DNA of 64,000 bases, from assembly GCA_963703285.1 (NCBI GenBank), contig OY969807.1:1760001-1824000 (forward strand), in the 5' to 3' direction. How positions within the stretch are numbered: the stretch's first letter is position 1; every line of letters starts with the position of its first letter. A model generated the notes under the pieces. It did not search any database. It was not told the DNA's origin and was given only the letters and a program-made list of their open reading frames with translations. This DNA comes from an uncultured Nitrososphaerota archaeon. GTDB taxonomy: Archaea; Thermoproteota; Nitrososphaeria; Nitrososphaerales; Gagatemarchaeaceae. Below, piece by piece: positions 29,733 to 39,781 of this stretch. The translations under genes and the position numbers were made by a program.

Positions 29733-30296
29733 CTAGGGCTCGGCGAGCATGCTCGAGTACTTCTTCCTGAGCTTTGCGACCTTCGGGGCTATAACGAACA
29801 TGCAGTAACCCCGTCCAGGGTTCTTCTCGTAGTACCCCTGATGGTAGTCCTCGGCCTTGTAGAAGGTCGCCAGCGGCTTGAGCTCCGACACGATCGGGGC
29901 TCCCCAGACCTTCTGTGAGTCGAGCTCGCGCATCACGTCCTCGGCGACGGCCTTCTGTCCTTCGTCGAGGTAGAATATCACCGACCGGTACTGGGTCCCC
30001 ACGTCGGCTCCCTGCCGGTTCGGCGTCGTAGGGTCGTGGAAGGCGAAGAAGACCTCGAGTAGCTGCCTGTACGATATCACCTTCGGGTCGTAGGTGACCT
30101 TCACAGTCTCGGCGTGTCCCGTGTCTCCCTCGCAGACCCGCTCGTAGGTCGGATTGGGCACGGTCCCGCCGGAGAAACCCGATTCCACGCTCTTGACACC
30201 CCTGAGCCTCGAGAAGATTGTCTCGAAACACCAGAAGCAGCCGCCGCCGAGGTAGGCCGTCTCCGTGTGAGAGTCGCCTGTCTCTTGCTTCGCCAT
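29733..30296 (-). CDS. msrA: Peptide-methionine (S)-S-oxide reductase
   Basis: GGCFWC, GHAE, HDPT, RQGADVGTQYRS, AEDYHQ. Confidence 0.95.
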   Translation of the reverse strand: MAKQETGDSHTETAYLGGGCFWCFETIFSRLRGVKSVESGFSGGTVPNPTYERVCEGDTGHAETVKVTYDPKVISYRQLLEVFFAFHDPTTPNRQGADVGTQYRSVIFYLDEGQKAVAEDVMRELDSQKVWGAPIVSELKPLATFYKAEDYHQGYYEKNPGRGYCMFVIAPKVAKLRKKYSSMLAEP

Positions 30297-30399
30297 CACG
30301 CTGTCTTCGCGATCCCCCGGAGCCCTATAAACGCTTGGAGGGCCGTGGACGCCCTTTTAGGCGCCCTAGGTTAAGTACGGGACCGGGCTTCTTCTTATC

Positions 30400-31377
30400 G
30401 TGGCAGCCCTAGCGGTGTACATCGTTCTCGTCGTGGCCGCTGTCCTCTCGTTCACATCGGCCCTGGTGGAGGCGACCTACCTCTCGGTGAAACAGGTCTC
30501 CCTCTTCTCGATGCAGCAGGACGGCTCGAGCAAGGCGAGGGCGGCGCTCAGGATAACCAACGAGAAGACCAAGCTCGTCAGCGTCACGACGCTCATCGGC
30601 ACCATCTCCAACGTGGCTCTCGCCACCACGGCGGCAATCATCCTCTCGGAGGCGTTCGGGCCGGTCGGGTGGCTCGTGAGCGTCGTCCTCGGCTCGATCA
30701 TCATAATGATCTTCCTCGACCTGGTTCCCAAGACGATAGGGATCGAGGACCCCGTCGGGAAGGCCATCTCCCTCGCATCAGGTGTTGCCGGCGCAGAGAG
30801 GGCCCTCTCTCCCATAGCCCAGCCCCTCATGAACGCATCCAGAAGGATAGCCACCTCGCTCAGCGGGAAGCCCACATACAGCGTGGAAGACATATCCGAG
30901 GAGCTCGAGAGCAGGATCGAGATGCTGGAGGCGGACGGGCGAATTGAACCCGACGCCGGGCGGATTCTCAGGACGACGCTCGCGTCGTCGAAGTACGACG
31001 TCAAAGACGCGGCCACCCCCATCGAGAAAGTCACCGCGGTGGACTCCGAGACGACCGTGCTGGAGGCGCTCAAGGCCATGGGGTCTTCGCGCCACCCCTG
31101 GATTCCCGTCTTCGGGAGGGACACCGGGGAGTTCGTGGGGGTTGTAACCTTCCGCTCCCTCACCAGGGGGCTGACGGAGGGGAGGCTCGACCAGCCCATC
31201 TCGGGTTCGGTCCACCAGGCCGCGAGGGTCGACGCCGACGAGTCGATAGCCAAGGTAGCCGATAGCATGAGCAGACAGGGCGCGACCATAGCCTTCGTCT
31301 ACCGGCAGGGGAAGATGATAGGAGTGATAACGTTCAGCGACCTCCTGGAGCGGATTCTAGGGTTCAAGGCCGCCTGA
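30400..31377 (+). CDS. CNNM/DUF21 plus CBS domain membrane protein (CorB/hemolysin-like)
   Basis: N-terminal TM DUF21 region (DLVPKTIG), CBS pair, GVITFSDLLE. Confidence 0.85.
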   Translation: MAALAVYIVLVVAAVLSFTSALVEATYLSVKQVSLFSMQQDGSSKARAALRITNEKTKLVSVTTLIGTISNVALATTAAIILSEAFGPVGWLVSVVLGSIIIMIFLDLVPKTIGIEDPVGKAISLASGVAGAERALSPIAQPLMNASRRIATSLSGKPTYSVEDISEELESRIEMLEADGRIEPDAGRILRTTLASSKYDVKDAATPIEKVTAVDSETTVLEALKAMGSSRHPWIPVFGRDTGEFVGVVTFRSLTRGLTEGRLDQPISGSVHQAARVDADESIAKVADSMSRQGATIAFVYRQGKMIGVITFSDLLERILGFKAA

Positions 31378-31447
31378 CCCGCAAGAGGCTCCTGCCGCCA
31401 GGGCCACCGGGAAAACCAATAAAGTGCACATCGTCACGTCAAACCTC

Positions 31448-31579
31448 GTGCCCATCTGTCCGAAGTGCCGGAAGCTGATCAGCCCCAAGAACTACGCGAG
31501 GCACCTCAGACGGTGCGGCGTCACCCACAAGCGCCCGCCGACCAGCCTCGACCAGTCCGAGTTCTTCATGAGGATCTGA
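31448..31579 (+). CDS. 43-aa C2HC zinc-finger microprotein (absent from ORF track)
   Basis: MPICPKCRKLISPKNYARHLRRCGVTHK...; TATA-like aataaa at 31418-31423. Confidence 0.65.
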   Translation: MPICPKCRKLISPKNYARHLRRCGVTHKRPPTSLDQSEFFMRI

Positions 31580-31731
31580 CCCGAGCTTCTCCGAGCCTGC
31601 CGCCGCACGGCGGCGAGCAACGGGCGCCTCCAGGGTTTGCCGACGATATGGCTTCGACCACAACATACCTGTTGGTGAAGGGATTTTCACAAGCGACAAC
31701 ATAACCCCCGGACGACCCAAAGTCGTCGGTC

Positions 31732-32373
31732 ATGTCACAATTCTCCGACAACTGGGACTCGAAGAAGGCTCCCGGGATAGGAAGCAGAATAAGGGGAAGA
31801 TTCAACAATCCGGGACCCCTCAAACCCCGACTGGACGATGCGACCCGTCAGATACAGGGCGTCATGGCGAAGCTAGACGCGACGATATTCAAGCTCAGGG
31901 AGAGGGACACCTTTCTCTTCAACAGGATAGTTTCTTCGGTGCAGAAGAGGGACTCCCAGAGAGCCTCGATGTTCGCAAACGAACTCGCCGAGCTCAGGAA
32001 GATGAGCAAGATGGTGACGCAGTCGAAGCTGGCTCTGGAGCAGATAGTGCTCAGGCTGAACACGGTCACCGAGCTCGGCGACGTGGTCCTCACTCTGGCC
32101 CCCGCAACATCCATAGTCCGCAACCTCCGGGAGGGCCTGTCGGGTGTCATGCCGGAGGCGGAAGGAGAGATGAGCGAGATCTCCGGGCTCCTCAGCGGAA
32201 TCCTCGTTGACGCCGGTTCCGTCACCGGCACTTCGCTGAACTTCGAGACCGCCAACGAGGAAGCCGAACGGGCGCTGGCGGAGGCCGCCGCTGTCGCGGA
32301 AACCAGGATGAGCAAGTTCCCCGACATACCTCAAACGGTGGGGACCTCCGACCGAGAGATGGAGATGACCTAG
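31732..32373 (+). CDS. cdvB: ESCRT-III/Snf7 family cell division protein (CdvB-like)
   Basis: FANELAELRK, KLALEQIVLRLNTVTELGDV, NEEAERALAEAA, C-terminal FPDIP. Confidence 0.9.
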   Translation: MSQFSDNWDSKKAPGIGSRIRGRFNNPGPLKPRLDDATRQIQGVMAKLDATIFKLRERDTFLFNRIVSSVQKRDSQRASMFANELAELRKMSKMVTQSKLALEQIVLRLNTVTELGDVVLTLAPATSIVRNLREGLSGVMPEAEGEMSEISGLLSGILVDAGSVTGTSLNFETANEEAERALAEAAAVAETRMSKFPDIPQTVGTSDREMEMT

Positions 32374-32471
32374 GGAGCGGAAGGACGCCCCTCAGGATCG
32401 ACGACCACGCAGACGCTCGGGCCCGCTAGATGCTATAAACGACCCGCTACTCCTCGTGAACCAGAGGGAGA

Positions 32472-33014
32472 ATGAGTACCCCACCTAGGCAGGGCCACCC
32501 GGTGCGGGACGGCGGATACTTGAGGGTCGCGATTTTCTCGAAGGAGAGGGAGCTTCCCAGGAAGGTCGCCTGGTTGACGGCGGGACGGGACGGAATCTCC
32601 ATCGGCGTCGCCAGGGGCCCGGGGCGGGAGACTAGCTACAGCTATCGCACCAACGGCGGTTTCTACCGTTCCATCCCCTCGCAGACGCCGACCGGTCCCA
32701 AGGCGGGGCAGGAGCTGGTAGCCATGCATCCCCCGCTCTCACAGATCAGAGGGCTGCTCCACCTGCTCTCGGTTGACAGCCCCGCCGGCGACAGGCTCGG
32801 CAGATTCCCCTTCAAGAGGAGGTTCGAGTCGGTGTACGTCAGACCTCTCAACGGCAGGGCCGCCTTCAAGCTGGGGTTGCTCGAGCCCGGAGTCCCTCAG
32901 GCCCTCGACACGATCAGGAAGGAAGAGCGCCACTTCCGGCTGATCACGAGGACAGAACCCTGGATGCTGCTCTGGAACTCGGCGGGGTTCGATACGCCAA
33001 GCGCGGTTCGGTAG
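32472..33014 (+). CDS. Hypothetical protein
   Basis: 180-aa ORF with TATA (tataaa near 32434). Confidence 0.6.
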   Translation: MSTPPRQGHPVRDGGYLRVAIFSKERELPRKVAWLTAGRDGISIGVARGPGRETSYSYRTNGGFYRSIPSQTPTGPKAGQELVAMHPPLSQIRGLLHLLSVDSPAGDRLGRFPFKRRFESVYVRPLNGRAAFKLGLLEPGVPQALDTIRKEERHFRLITRTEPWMLLWNSAGFDTPSAVR

Positions 33015-33122
33015 GTTGTCGCGGCGCGCCCCCGGATATCCATCGAGTTCCGGAGAAAACATGAAACATTTACATGAAAACACCTGGAATCATTAAATAG
33101 GCATCCGTACTCAGACCATCCA

Positions 33123-33824
33123 TTGTTCTGTCCCAAGTGCGGTGCTAAGAACGACGATAATGCTGCATTCTGCGCTTCTTGCGGGGCCAATCTCAAAACC
33201 AGCTCGAGTCCCACGGGCGCTTCCCCCCCGATGGCGCAGACGGGTCCCCAGGCTGGTGGCACATCCGGCAAGATCATGGGCGCACTCCAGGACGCCATCG
33301 CGCTCGTCAGGGACCCCAGGGCCTTCATGACCTCGAGGGCGACCGCGGCGCCCCCGATGCAATCGACGGTCATCAACTACGTGGCGATACTCGCGGCTAT
33401 ACCATTCTTCTTCACGCTCATCGGCAACCTGATCTTCCACAAGGGCCACGTCATCGTCTACTCCATCGTCTCCGGCATAGTGGCGTACATCTTCGCCCTC
33501 GCCAGCGTCCTGATAGTCTCATACGTTCTCTTCATGCTCGCTCCCAGATTCGCGTCGGCGGCCGACCTGAACAAGGCGACGAAGATGGTATCCTACGTCT
33601 ACACCCCGACCTTCCTGATAGCGGTACTCAACATCTACCCCCCGCTCCAGATCCTCTCCTTCCTCGCCCTCCTCTACGGGCTCTACATCCTGTGGATAGG
33701 CCTGCCCATCGTCCTCAACACCCCACCGGAGAAGAAGCTGATGTACGTGATAGCGACCCTCGTGGTCACCTTCATAGTGTACTTCATCTTGGCGCTCATC
33801 GCCGCGGGCCTCGCAAGGGCGTAG
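33123..33824 (+). CDS. Zinc-ribbon/Yip1-domain membrane protein
   Basis: CPKC...CASC plus 5-TM Yip1 pattern. Confidence 0.85.
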   Translation: MFCPKCGAKNDDNAAFCASCGANLKTSSSPTGASPPMAQTGPQAGGTSGKIMGALQDAIALVRDPRAFMTSRATAAPPMQSTVINYVAILAAIPFFFTLIGNLIFHKGHVIVYSIVSGIVAYIFALASVLIVSYVLFMLAPRFASAADLNKATKMVSYVYTPTFLIAVLNIYPPLQILSFLALLYGLYILWIGLPIVLNTPPEKKLMYVIATLVVTFIVYFILALIAAGLARA

Positions 33825-33851
33825 CCGCAACGCTAATCTGAGACCCGGGCG

Positions 33852-34388
33852 ATGTCTCGCGTCGCATTGGACGCGTACGAAGCGATAGCCACCAAGCTCG
33901 ACGTGCGGGAGTTCGCGCAGAAGCACGTCCCGGGCGAGACGAAGACGAAGATACTCGAGGCCGCCCGGCTCACGGGCTCCTCGATGAACACGCAGCACTG
34001 GCGTTTCATCCTAGTGCAGGACAGCTCGAACATCGCGAGGCTGGCATCCGGCAGCACAACGGGAGCGTGGATTGCGAAGGCAGACTTCGCGATTATCATC
34101 CTGACCGACCCGAAGGTGCCCGGTTACAAGATCGACGCAGGCCGGGTCCTGCAGGACATGGAGCTCGCGGCCTGGGACTTCGGGGTCGCATCCCGCCTCT
34201 TCACGGGGTTTAGGCAGGACGAGATTCGTAGGGACTTCGCGATACCACAGGAGCTCGAGATATCGGCGGCTCTGGGCTTCGGATACCCCGTCCGCAGAAT
34301 CAGGGGAAGGAAGAACAGGAAGCCCCTCGAGGAGCTCGTCTTCGCGGAGAGGTACGGGATCCGCTTCGCCCCCGCGGGGGTCGCCTAG
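33852..34388 (+). CDS. Nitroreductase family protein
   Basis: ILEAARLTGSSMNTQHWRF, DAG...LAAWDFG, LGFGYP, RKPLEE. Confidence 0.9.
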   Translation: MSRVALDAYEAIATKLDVREFAQKHVPGETKTKILEAARLTGSSMNTQHWRFILVQDSSNIARLASGSTTGAWIAKADFAIIILTDPKVPGYKIDAGRVLQDMELAAWDFGVASRLFTGFRQDEIRRDFAIPQELEISAALGFGYPVRRIRGRKNRKPLEELVFAERYGIRFAPAGVA

Positions 34389-34456
34389 CCCCATAAGATT
34401 CCCGGCGCTCTCGAGAAATCCAAATACGAGGTCGTGGAACGCCCGGAGCGGTTGAT

Positions 34457-35209
34457 ATGGAGCTTTCCGGAAAGACGGCGGTGGTGACCGGAGGAGGGTC
34501 GGGGATCGGAAGGGCGATATCGGAGCTCTTCGCAGCGGAGGGTGCCAGCGTCGTGGTCGCCGACGTCCACGACGGCGGGACGGCCGCCTCGATAACGAAG
34601 AACGGAGGGAAGGTGGCGTACGTCAAGACGGACGTGCGCGCCGAAGCCCAGGTGAAGAGGCTCGTAGCGCAGGCTCGGAAGAGGTTCGGCGGGATAGACA
34701 TCCTCTGCAACAGCGCCGGAATCGAGCTCCTCAAGCCGCTCAGCGAGACCTCCGAGGAGGAGTGGGACAGGGTCCTCGACACCAACCTGAAGGGGGTATT
34801 TCTGACCTCCAAACACGCCGTCCCGGAGATGCTCAAGAGGCGCGGAGGCGCGATAGTGAACATCGCGTCGCAGCTTGGCCTCGTGGGCCTCGAGAACTTC
34901 ACGGCCTACTGTGCGTCGAAGGGAGGCGTCGTGCTTCTGACGAGGGCGATGGCCCTCGAATATGCCAGCCGGAACATCAGGGTCAACTGCATCTGCCCAG
35001 GCCCCGTCCAGACGCCCATGCTCGAGAGGGAGATCAGGACCGAGGCCGACCCGGACGCCGCGAGGAAGGCGTGGGCTCGGAGGCAGCCGGTCGGCAGGCT
35101 GGGCCTCCCCCAAGAGATAGCGCAGGCCGCTCTCTACCTGGCCTCCGAGAGGTCTTCCTTTGTGGTCGGACACGCGCTCGTGGTCGACGGTGGGTACACC
35201 CTGGGCTGA
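34457..35209 (+). CDS. SDR family oxidoreductase
   Basis: TGGGSGIG, YCASK, RVNCICPG, VDGG. Confidence 0.94.
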   Translation: MELSGKTAVVTGGGSGIGRAISELFAAEGASVVVADVHDGGTAASITKNGGKVAYVKTDVRAEAQVKRLVAQARKRFGGIDILCNSAGIELLKPLSETSEEEWDRVLDTNLKGVFLTSKHAVPEMLKRRGGAIVNIASQLGLVGLENFTAYCASKGGVVLLTRAMALEYASRNIRVNCICPGPVQTPMLEREIRTEADPDAARKAWARRQPVGRLGLPQEIAQAALYLASERSSFVVGHALVVDGGYTLG

Positions 35210-35221
35210 ACGAGAGATTCG

Positions 35222-36079
35222 CTATCTCGGGCTTCCGGCGTCCAGCAGCGCCTGACCCGCCCCCGAGGACTGGCCCAGCCTCTGGTCGATGGCCCTCGTC
35301 ACGCGCGACTGCAGCGACCTCTGCTCCTCGCTCGCGATTCCGAGGAGCTCCATCTCTTTGAGCGCGCTCTCGACAGCGTGGCCGAACGGGTGGTTGTTGT
35401 GGTACCCGTAGACCTTCTTGACCTTCGCGGCCACCTGCTTCACCTTGGGCACCCACGCCTCGAGCTCGCCGTCGGTGTACCTGTAGTTGTACCAAGGCCG
35501 GGCCCCCCGGCCGTGCCAGCGGATGAACGAGAAGTCGGCCGTCACGACGGGGTCAGGGGGGAGCAGGGGCTCGTCGACCACCGTGTACGCGACGTTGTGC
35601 CCCCTCAAGAGGTCCCAGGTCTCGGGGCGGAACCAGGACAGGTTCCTGAACTCCACGGCGAACCTGAGGTCGGACGGCAGGACCCCGAGGAACCCGGTCA
35701 GGGACCCCAGGTCCCTCTCGTAGGAGAAGCTGGGGGGCAGCTGGATGAGAAGGGCCCCGAGCTTGCCTGCGTCCTCCAGCGGCCTCATCACGTGCAGGAA
35801 CCGCATCAGGTCCTGCTGGACCCCCTTCCCGACGTCCAGCTTCTTGTCGTGGGTGATGAGCTTCGGGAGCTTCGCAGAGAATACGAAGTCCTCGGGCGTG
35901 ACGCTCGCAAATCCCTCGACCATCGCCTTCGCGGGGTAGGCGTAGTACGTCGAGTCTATCTCGACGGTCTTGAAGTACCTCGAGTAGTAGGTGAGCTTCC
36001 GCTTCTCGCCCTTGGGATAGAGGACGCCCTCCCACTCCTTGTAGGACCACCCCGAGGTCCCCACGTCGACGTTGGACAA
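35222..36079 (-). CDS. DUF72 (YecE-like) protein, copy 1
   Basis: GTSGWSY, VEIDSTYY, LIQLPPSF, AVEFRN, YIRWHG-like FIRWHGR, Y..NNH; TTG start inferred from TATA at 36106-36111. Confidence 0.92.
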   Translation of the reverse strand: MSNVDVGTSGWSYKEWEGVLYPKGEKRKLTYYSRYFKTVEIDSTYYAYPAKAMVEGFASVTPEDFVFSAKLPKLITHDKKLDVGKGVQQDLMRFLHVMRPLEDAGKLGALLIQLPPSFSYERDLGSLTGFLGVLPSDLRFAVEFRNLSWFRPETWDLLRGHNVAYTVVDEPLLPPDPVVTADFSFIRWHGRGARPWYNYRYTDGELEAWVPKVKQVAAKVKKVYGYHNNHPFGHAVESALKEMELLGIASEEQRSLQSRVTRAIDQRLGQSSGAGQALLDAGSPR

Positions 36080-36120
36080 CCTTCGGGTCGGGACGCCCCG
36101 CTGCGATTTAAGCCGTTGGG

Positions 36121-36131
36121 GTTCACTTTCA
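36121..36131 (+). promoter_or_regulatory. Putative archaeal DNA-damage-response box (GTTCACTTTCA)
   Basis: 10/11 match to the Halobacterium UV motif TTTCACTTTCA and contains the Sulfolobus ANTTTC element; lies between the divergent DUF72 and PolB2 operon. Confidence 0.45.
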
Positions 36132-36204
36132 GCCACCCCTCCCGAGAGACCCGCGGAGGCTCTAGCGCCCTCGTTATTAGCCCGGAGCGGCAGCGAACGG
36201 ACAG

Positions 36205-36939
36205 ATGCCAGCGAGCACCCTCCAGCTTCCCAGCAGACCGACCTTCGCCACGGCCCGCTCTCTCATGGGCCTGACCTCCGGGGTCGCTCCGGTCGACTCC
36301 CTCGTCGGCGGGCTCAAACCTGACACGGTGGCGCTGATCACGGGTTCGGGCATCCGACTTCGGGCCGCGGAGTCTTACTGCGTCCGAGCACAACTCCCGC
36401 CCGCCAGGGGCGGCCTCGACGGGAGCGCATTCTTCATCGATGGAGGGAACAGCTTCGACATCTACCTCTTCGCCGAACTGGTGCACAGATGCAAGCTCGC
36501 TTACTCCATGGCGCTCGACCGCCAGCTGCTCTCGCGCGCCTTCACGATCTACGAGCTCCGCTCCCTGATCGAGGACTCGGCGGCCGTCTTCGCGACGCGG
36601 AAGCCGAAGCTCCTCGTAGTCTCAGAGGTCTTCTCGCTCTTCAACGAGGACGTGGAGAAGGCCGAGGCCAGGAGGGTCGTCCAGGAGATTGCGTCGTCGG
36701 TCACGGAGGTCAGCAAGCGCGAAGAGGTCCCGATACTCATGACGTCGGCTACCCGGCCCGAGCCCCTCGCCTCCATCCTCGAAGAGCGCTGCAACACCTC
36801 TGCCGAGATAACCGAAGATGGGCGCAGCGTCAGGTCGCGCCTGTTCAAGCACCCCTGGAAGGGTCCGACGGAGGCGCTGGGAGAGGCCGGTCCCGGCAGC
36901 TACAACCAGGCCACCCTCGAGGCGGAGCTCGATGGGTAG
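36205..36939 (+). CDS. Inactivated RadA/RecA-family protein of the PolB2 operon
   Basis: VRAQLPPARGGLDG..FIDGGNSFD, SRAFTIYEL; Walker A absent. Confidence 0.85.
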   Translation: MPASTLQLPSRPTFATARSLMGLTSGVAPVDSLVGGLKPDTVALITGSGIRLRAAESYCVRAQLPPARGGLDGSAFFIDGGNSFDIYLFAELVHRCKLAYSMALDRQLLSRAFTIYELRSLIEDSAAVFATRKPKLLVVSEVFSLFNEDVEKAEARRVVQEIASSVTEVSKREEVPILMTSATRPEPLASILEERCNTSAEITEDGRSVRSRLFKHPWKGPTEALGEAGPGSYNQATLEAELDG

Positions 36940-37204
36940 GACCATCCCGTCTTTCCGGATAGCCCTGGAACAGGAGGTGGCCAGCTGGTCGCGGTACAGG
37001 CTCTCCCTGGGGGCGGGGTCGAAGAAGGCGCTCGATGCGATGCTCAACGGGGCGAGGACGTATTGCTCCGCGTCGTCGAACGCCGTCCGCCCGGTGAGGT
37101 TCGAGGGGATGTTCATGGCGGTGGCGTTCGACCACGCTAGGCGGCTCGAGGACCTCTCGGCCGAGATGGAGAAGCTCAGGCTGGAGATGCGCGATGGCGG
37201 CTGA
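36932..37204 (+). CDS. Small PolB2-associated helical protein (arCOG07300-like), copy 1
   Basis: MGRTIPSFR..LE.E...W..YR..L...A..Y..A signature; overlaps its neighbours. Confidence 0.8.
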   Translation: MGRTIPSFRIALEQEVASWSRYRLSLGAGSKKALDAMLNGARTYCSASSNAVRPVRFEGMFMAVAFDHARRLEDLSAEMEKLRLEMRDGG

Positions 37205-37481
37205 AGAGAGGGTCAGCGTCAGGCTCCTCAGGGAGGAGCTGGAGAGCTGGAGGCCGTTCATCGAGGCGCTGAGGCTCGAGGACAGGAAGGTCGCCCGGGA
37301 GATGATGGAGTCCTGCTGGAGGTACGCCGAGGCCATCGAGCAGTCCGGCAAGGACTACCTGACCGAGCCGTTCTTCCTCACGCTCCTCCTCGCGCAGGAG
37401 AGGCGCCTCCGGGGGTTCGAGGCCGAGCTCGAGAGGCTGAGGGGCGAGGTCGAGGCGTGGAAGTCGAAGGCTGGCTCCTAG
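37194..37481 (+). CDS. Small PolB2-associated helical protein, divergent copy 2
   Basis: EELESWRPFIEALRLEDR...YAEAI...EPFFLTLL aligns with copy 1. Confidence 0.7.
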   Translation: MAAEERVSVRLLREELESWRPFIEALRLEDRKVAREMMESCWRYAEAIEQSGKDYLTEPFFLTLLLAQERRLRGFEAELERLRGEVEAWKSKAGS

Positions 37482-39734
37482 ACCTCTATCCCGGCAGGGA
37501 CGGGGAGATGGTCGCGTGGATCAAGAAGGACGACGGTACGGTGGTCCGCCTTACGGACAGATGGCGCAACGCGATATACGTCTCCTCCTCCGCCGAGGGG
37601 CTGGAGACCCTCGCCGAGTGGGCCGTCCACCAGTACCCGGTCCACTCCTGCGAGTACGTGAACAGGCGCGTCAACGTCTACGATTACGCGAAGCGCCCGG
37701 TCCTCAAGCTCACGCTCAGGAACGCCGACCGGGCGGAGAGGCTCGCGAAGGAGATCGAGCAGCTCGACGCACCGTCCCCCCTGCGCATCTTCAACGCCGA
37801 CCTCATGCCCGCGCAGACCTACTTCTTCGAGAAGGAGCTGTTCCCTCTCGCCAGGGTCGCGGCGGGGCAGGAGGGCGCCTGCATCAGGTGGAGGCTGCTC
37901 GACTCGGTGATGTCGGAGGACTACCGGGTCCCTCCGCTGAGGAAGGCCTCGATTGAGGTCAACGTGGACGCGTCGGGCCGCATCCCGAAGCTCTCGGACC
38001 CGATCGGGTCCATAACGGTGAAGAGCGGCGAGACCACCGTTGAGATAGGGGAGGGGGACGAGCGTGCCAAGATCCTCTCGCTCGTGGACACCGTTCGGTC
38101 GCTGGACCCGGACATAATCTTCTTCGACCGCGGCGACGACTTCACCACGCACTACCTCGCCGAGAGGGCCTGGGCCAACGGCGTCTCCGACAAGCTCGTC
38201 CTCTCCCGGGACAGGGAGCCGCTGAGGAGACTCACGAAGAGGGGCACGTCGTACATGGCCTACGGCAGGGTCCTCCACACGCCCACCTCCCACAAGCTCT
38301 ACGGGCGGATCAACCTCGACGCCGAGAACTACTTCGTCTTCTCCGAGTGCGGCCTGGACGGCCTCTTCGAGATAGCCAGGCTGTGCCGGATGCCGCTCCA
38401 CAAGGGGAGCCGCGCGTCCATAGGCAAGTGCCTCAGCAGCCTCCAGGCGTACGTCGCCTTCAAGGACGAGCTGCTGATTCCTTGGAAGCCGAACCGGGCG
38501 GAGATACCGAAGACCGCGGCGACGCTCCTGGTCGGGGACCGCGGCGGTTTCATCTACGAGCCGAGGGTCGGGATTCACGAGAACGTCGGGGAAATTGACT
38601 TTACCTCGCTGTTCCCCTTCATCATGACCAAGTACAACATCAGCGCCGAGACCGTCCTCTGCTGGTGCTGCCCGGACTCGAAGACGAGGGTGCCCGACGT
38701 CGGCTACCACACGTGCGAGAAGAGGAGGGGCGTCATACCGCAGAGCCTCGAGCCCATCCTGACCAAAAGGGTCAGCTACAAGCTTAAATGGAAGAAAGAG
38801 AAGGATTCCGAGCTCAAAAGAGTCTATACGTCAAGGGTGGACGCTTTGAAGGGCATCCTAGTTTGTAGTTTTGGTTATCTAAGTTTTAGAAACGCAAAGT
38901 TCGGTCTGATTGACTGTCACATCGCAGTCTGCGCCTACGCACGGCAAATCCTCCTTGAAACGGCCAGGATAGCAGAGATGAGAGGCTTCGAGGTCGTCCA
39001 TGGCATAGTCGACTCGCTCTGGCTGAAGAAGGATGGGGCCACCCAGGACGACTTCGAGGAGCTGCGCCGGGAGATCCAGTCCGCGACGGGCCTCCCGATC
39101 TCGTTCGACGGCATCTACAGGTGGGTCGCCTTCCTCCCGAGCAGGATGCACGAGGACGTCCCGGTCCTCAACCGCTACTTCGGGATATTCGAGGACGGGT
39201 CGATGAAGGTTAGGGGCATCGAGCTCAGGAGGAGGGACGCGATAAAGGTCGTCACAGACTGCCAGGACGAGATGCTGCAGCTGCTCGCGCAGGCCAAGAC
39301 GCTCGCCGAGGCGAGGCTGCTGGTCCCCGACGCGATCCAGGTGGTGAAGGGCTACGCCGGGAGGATACGGCGCAGGGAGGTAGCGGTCACCGACCTCGTG
39401 ATACTGAACTCTCTCTCGAAGGACCACGACCAGTACGACAGCAGCCTGGTCCAGGTCTCCGCCATCAGGCAGCTGGCCGACGAGGGACTGGAGCTGATGG
39501 CCGGGCAGTCGGTCTCCTACGTCATCACGGACTACAGGTCAAGGTTCCAGAGCGAGAGGGTGCGCCCCGTCGAGCTGCTCGACCCCAACACAAGATACGA
39601 CGCCGACCGCTACGTCGAGCTGCTGCTGCGGGGAGCCTCGGCTATCCTGCAACCGTTCGGCATCGACGAAGAGTCGCTAAGGGACGCGGTCGCCGGCACG
39701 GGTTCCCAGGCGAGGCTCTTCGAGACCACCCTAG
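37457..39734 (+). CDS. polB2: Family B DNA polymerase, PolB2 subfamily (true stop probably TAG 39732-39734; a +1 C extends the called ORF to 40261)
   Basis: Motif A DFTSLFP, motif B KGILVCSFGY, motif C HGIVDS, KVRGIELRRRD; degenerate exonuclease; C-terminal SQARLF. Confidence 0.9.
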
Positions 39735-39781
39735 GACCGGCGGGCACCGAAACTCCGGAGGGGCCGGACGCGCCAACCAGC

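Noticed and set aside
31660-33080. Short direct repeats upstream of cdvB (ACAACATA x2) and yip1 (ACATGAAA x2)
   Set aside because: 8-mers with no second locus; too weak to call operators
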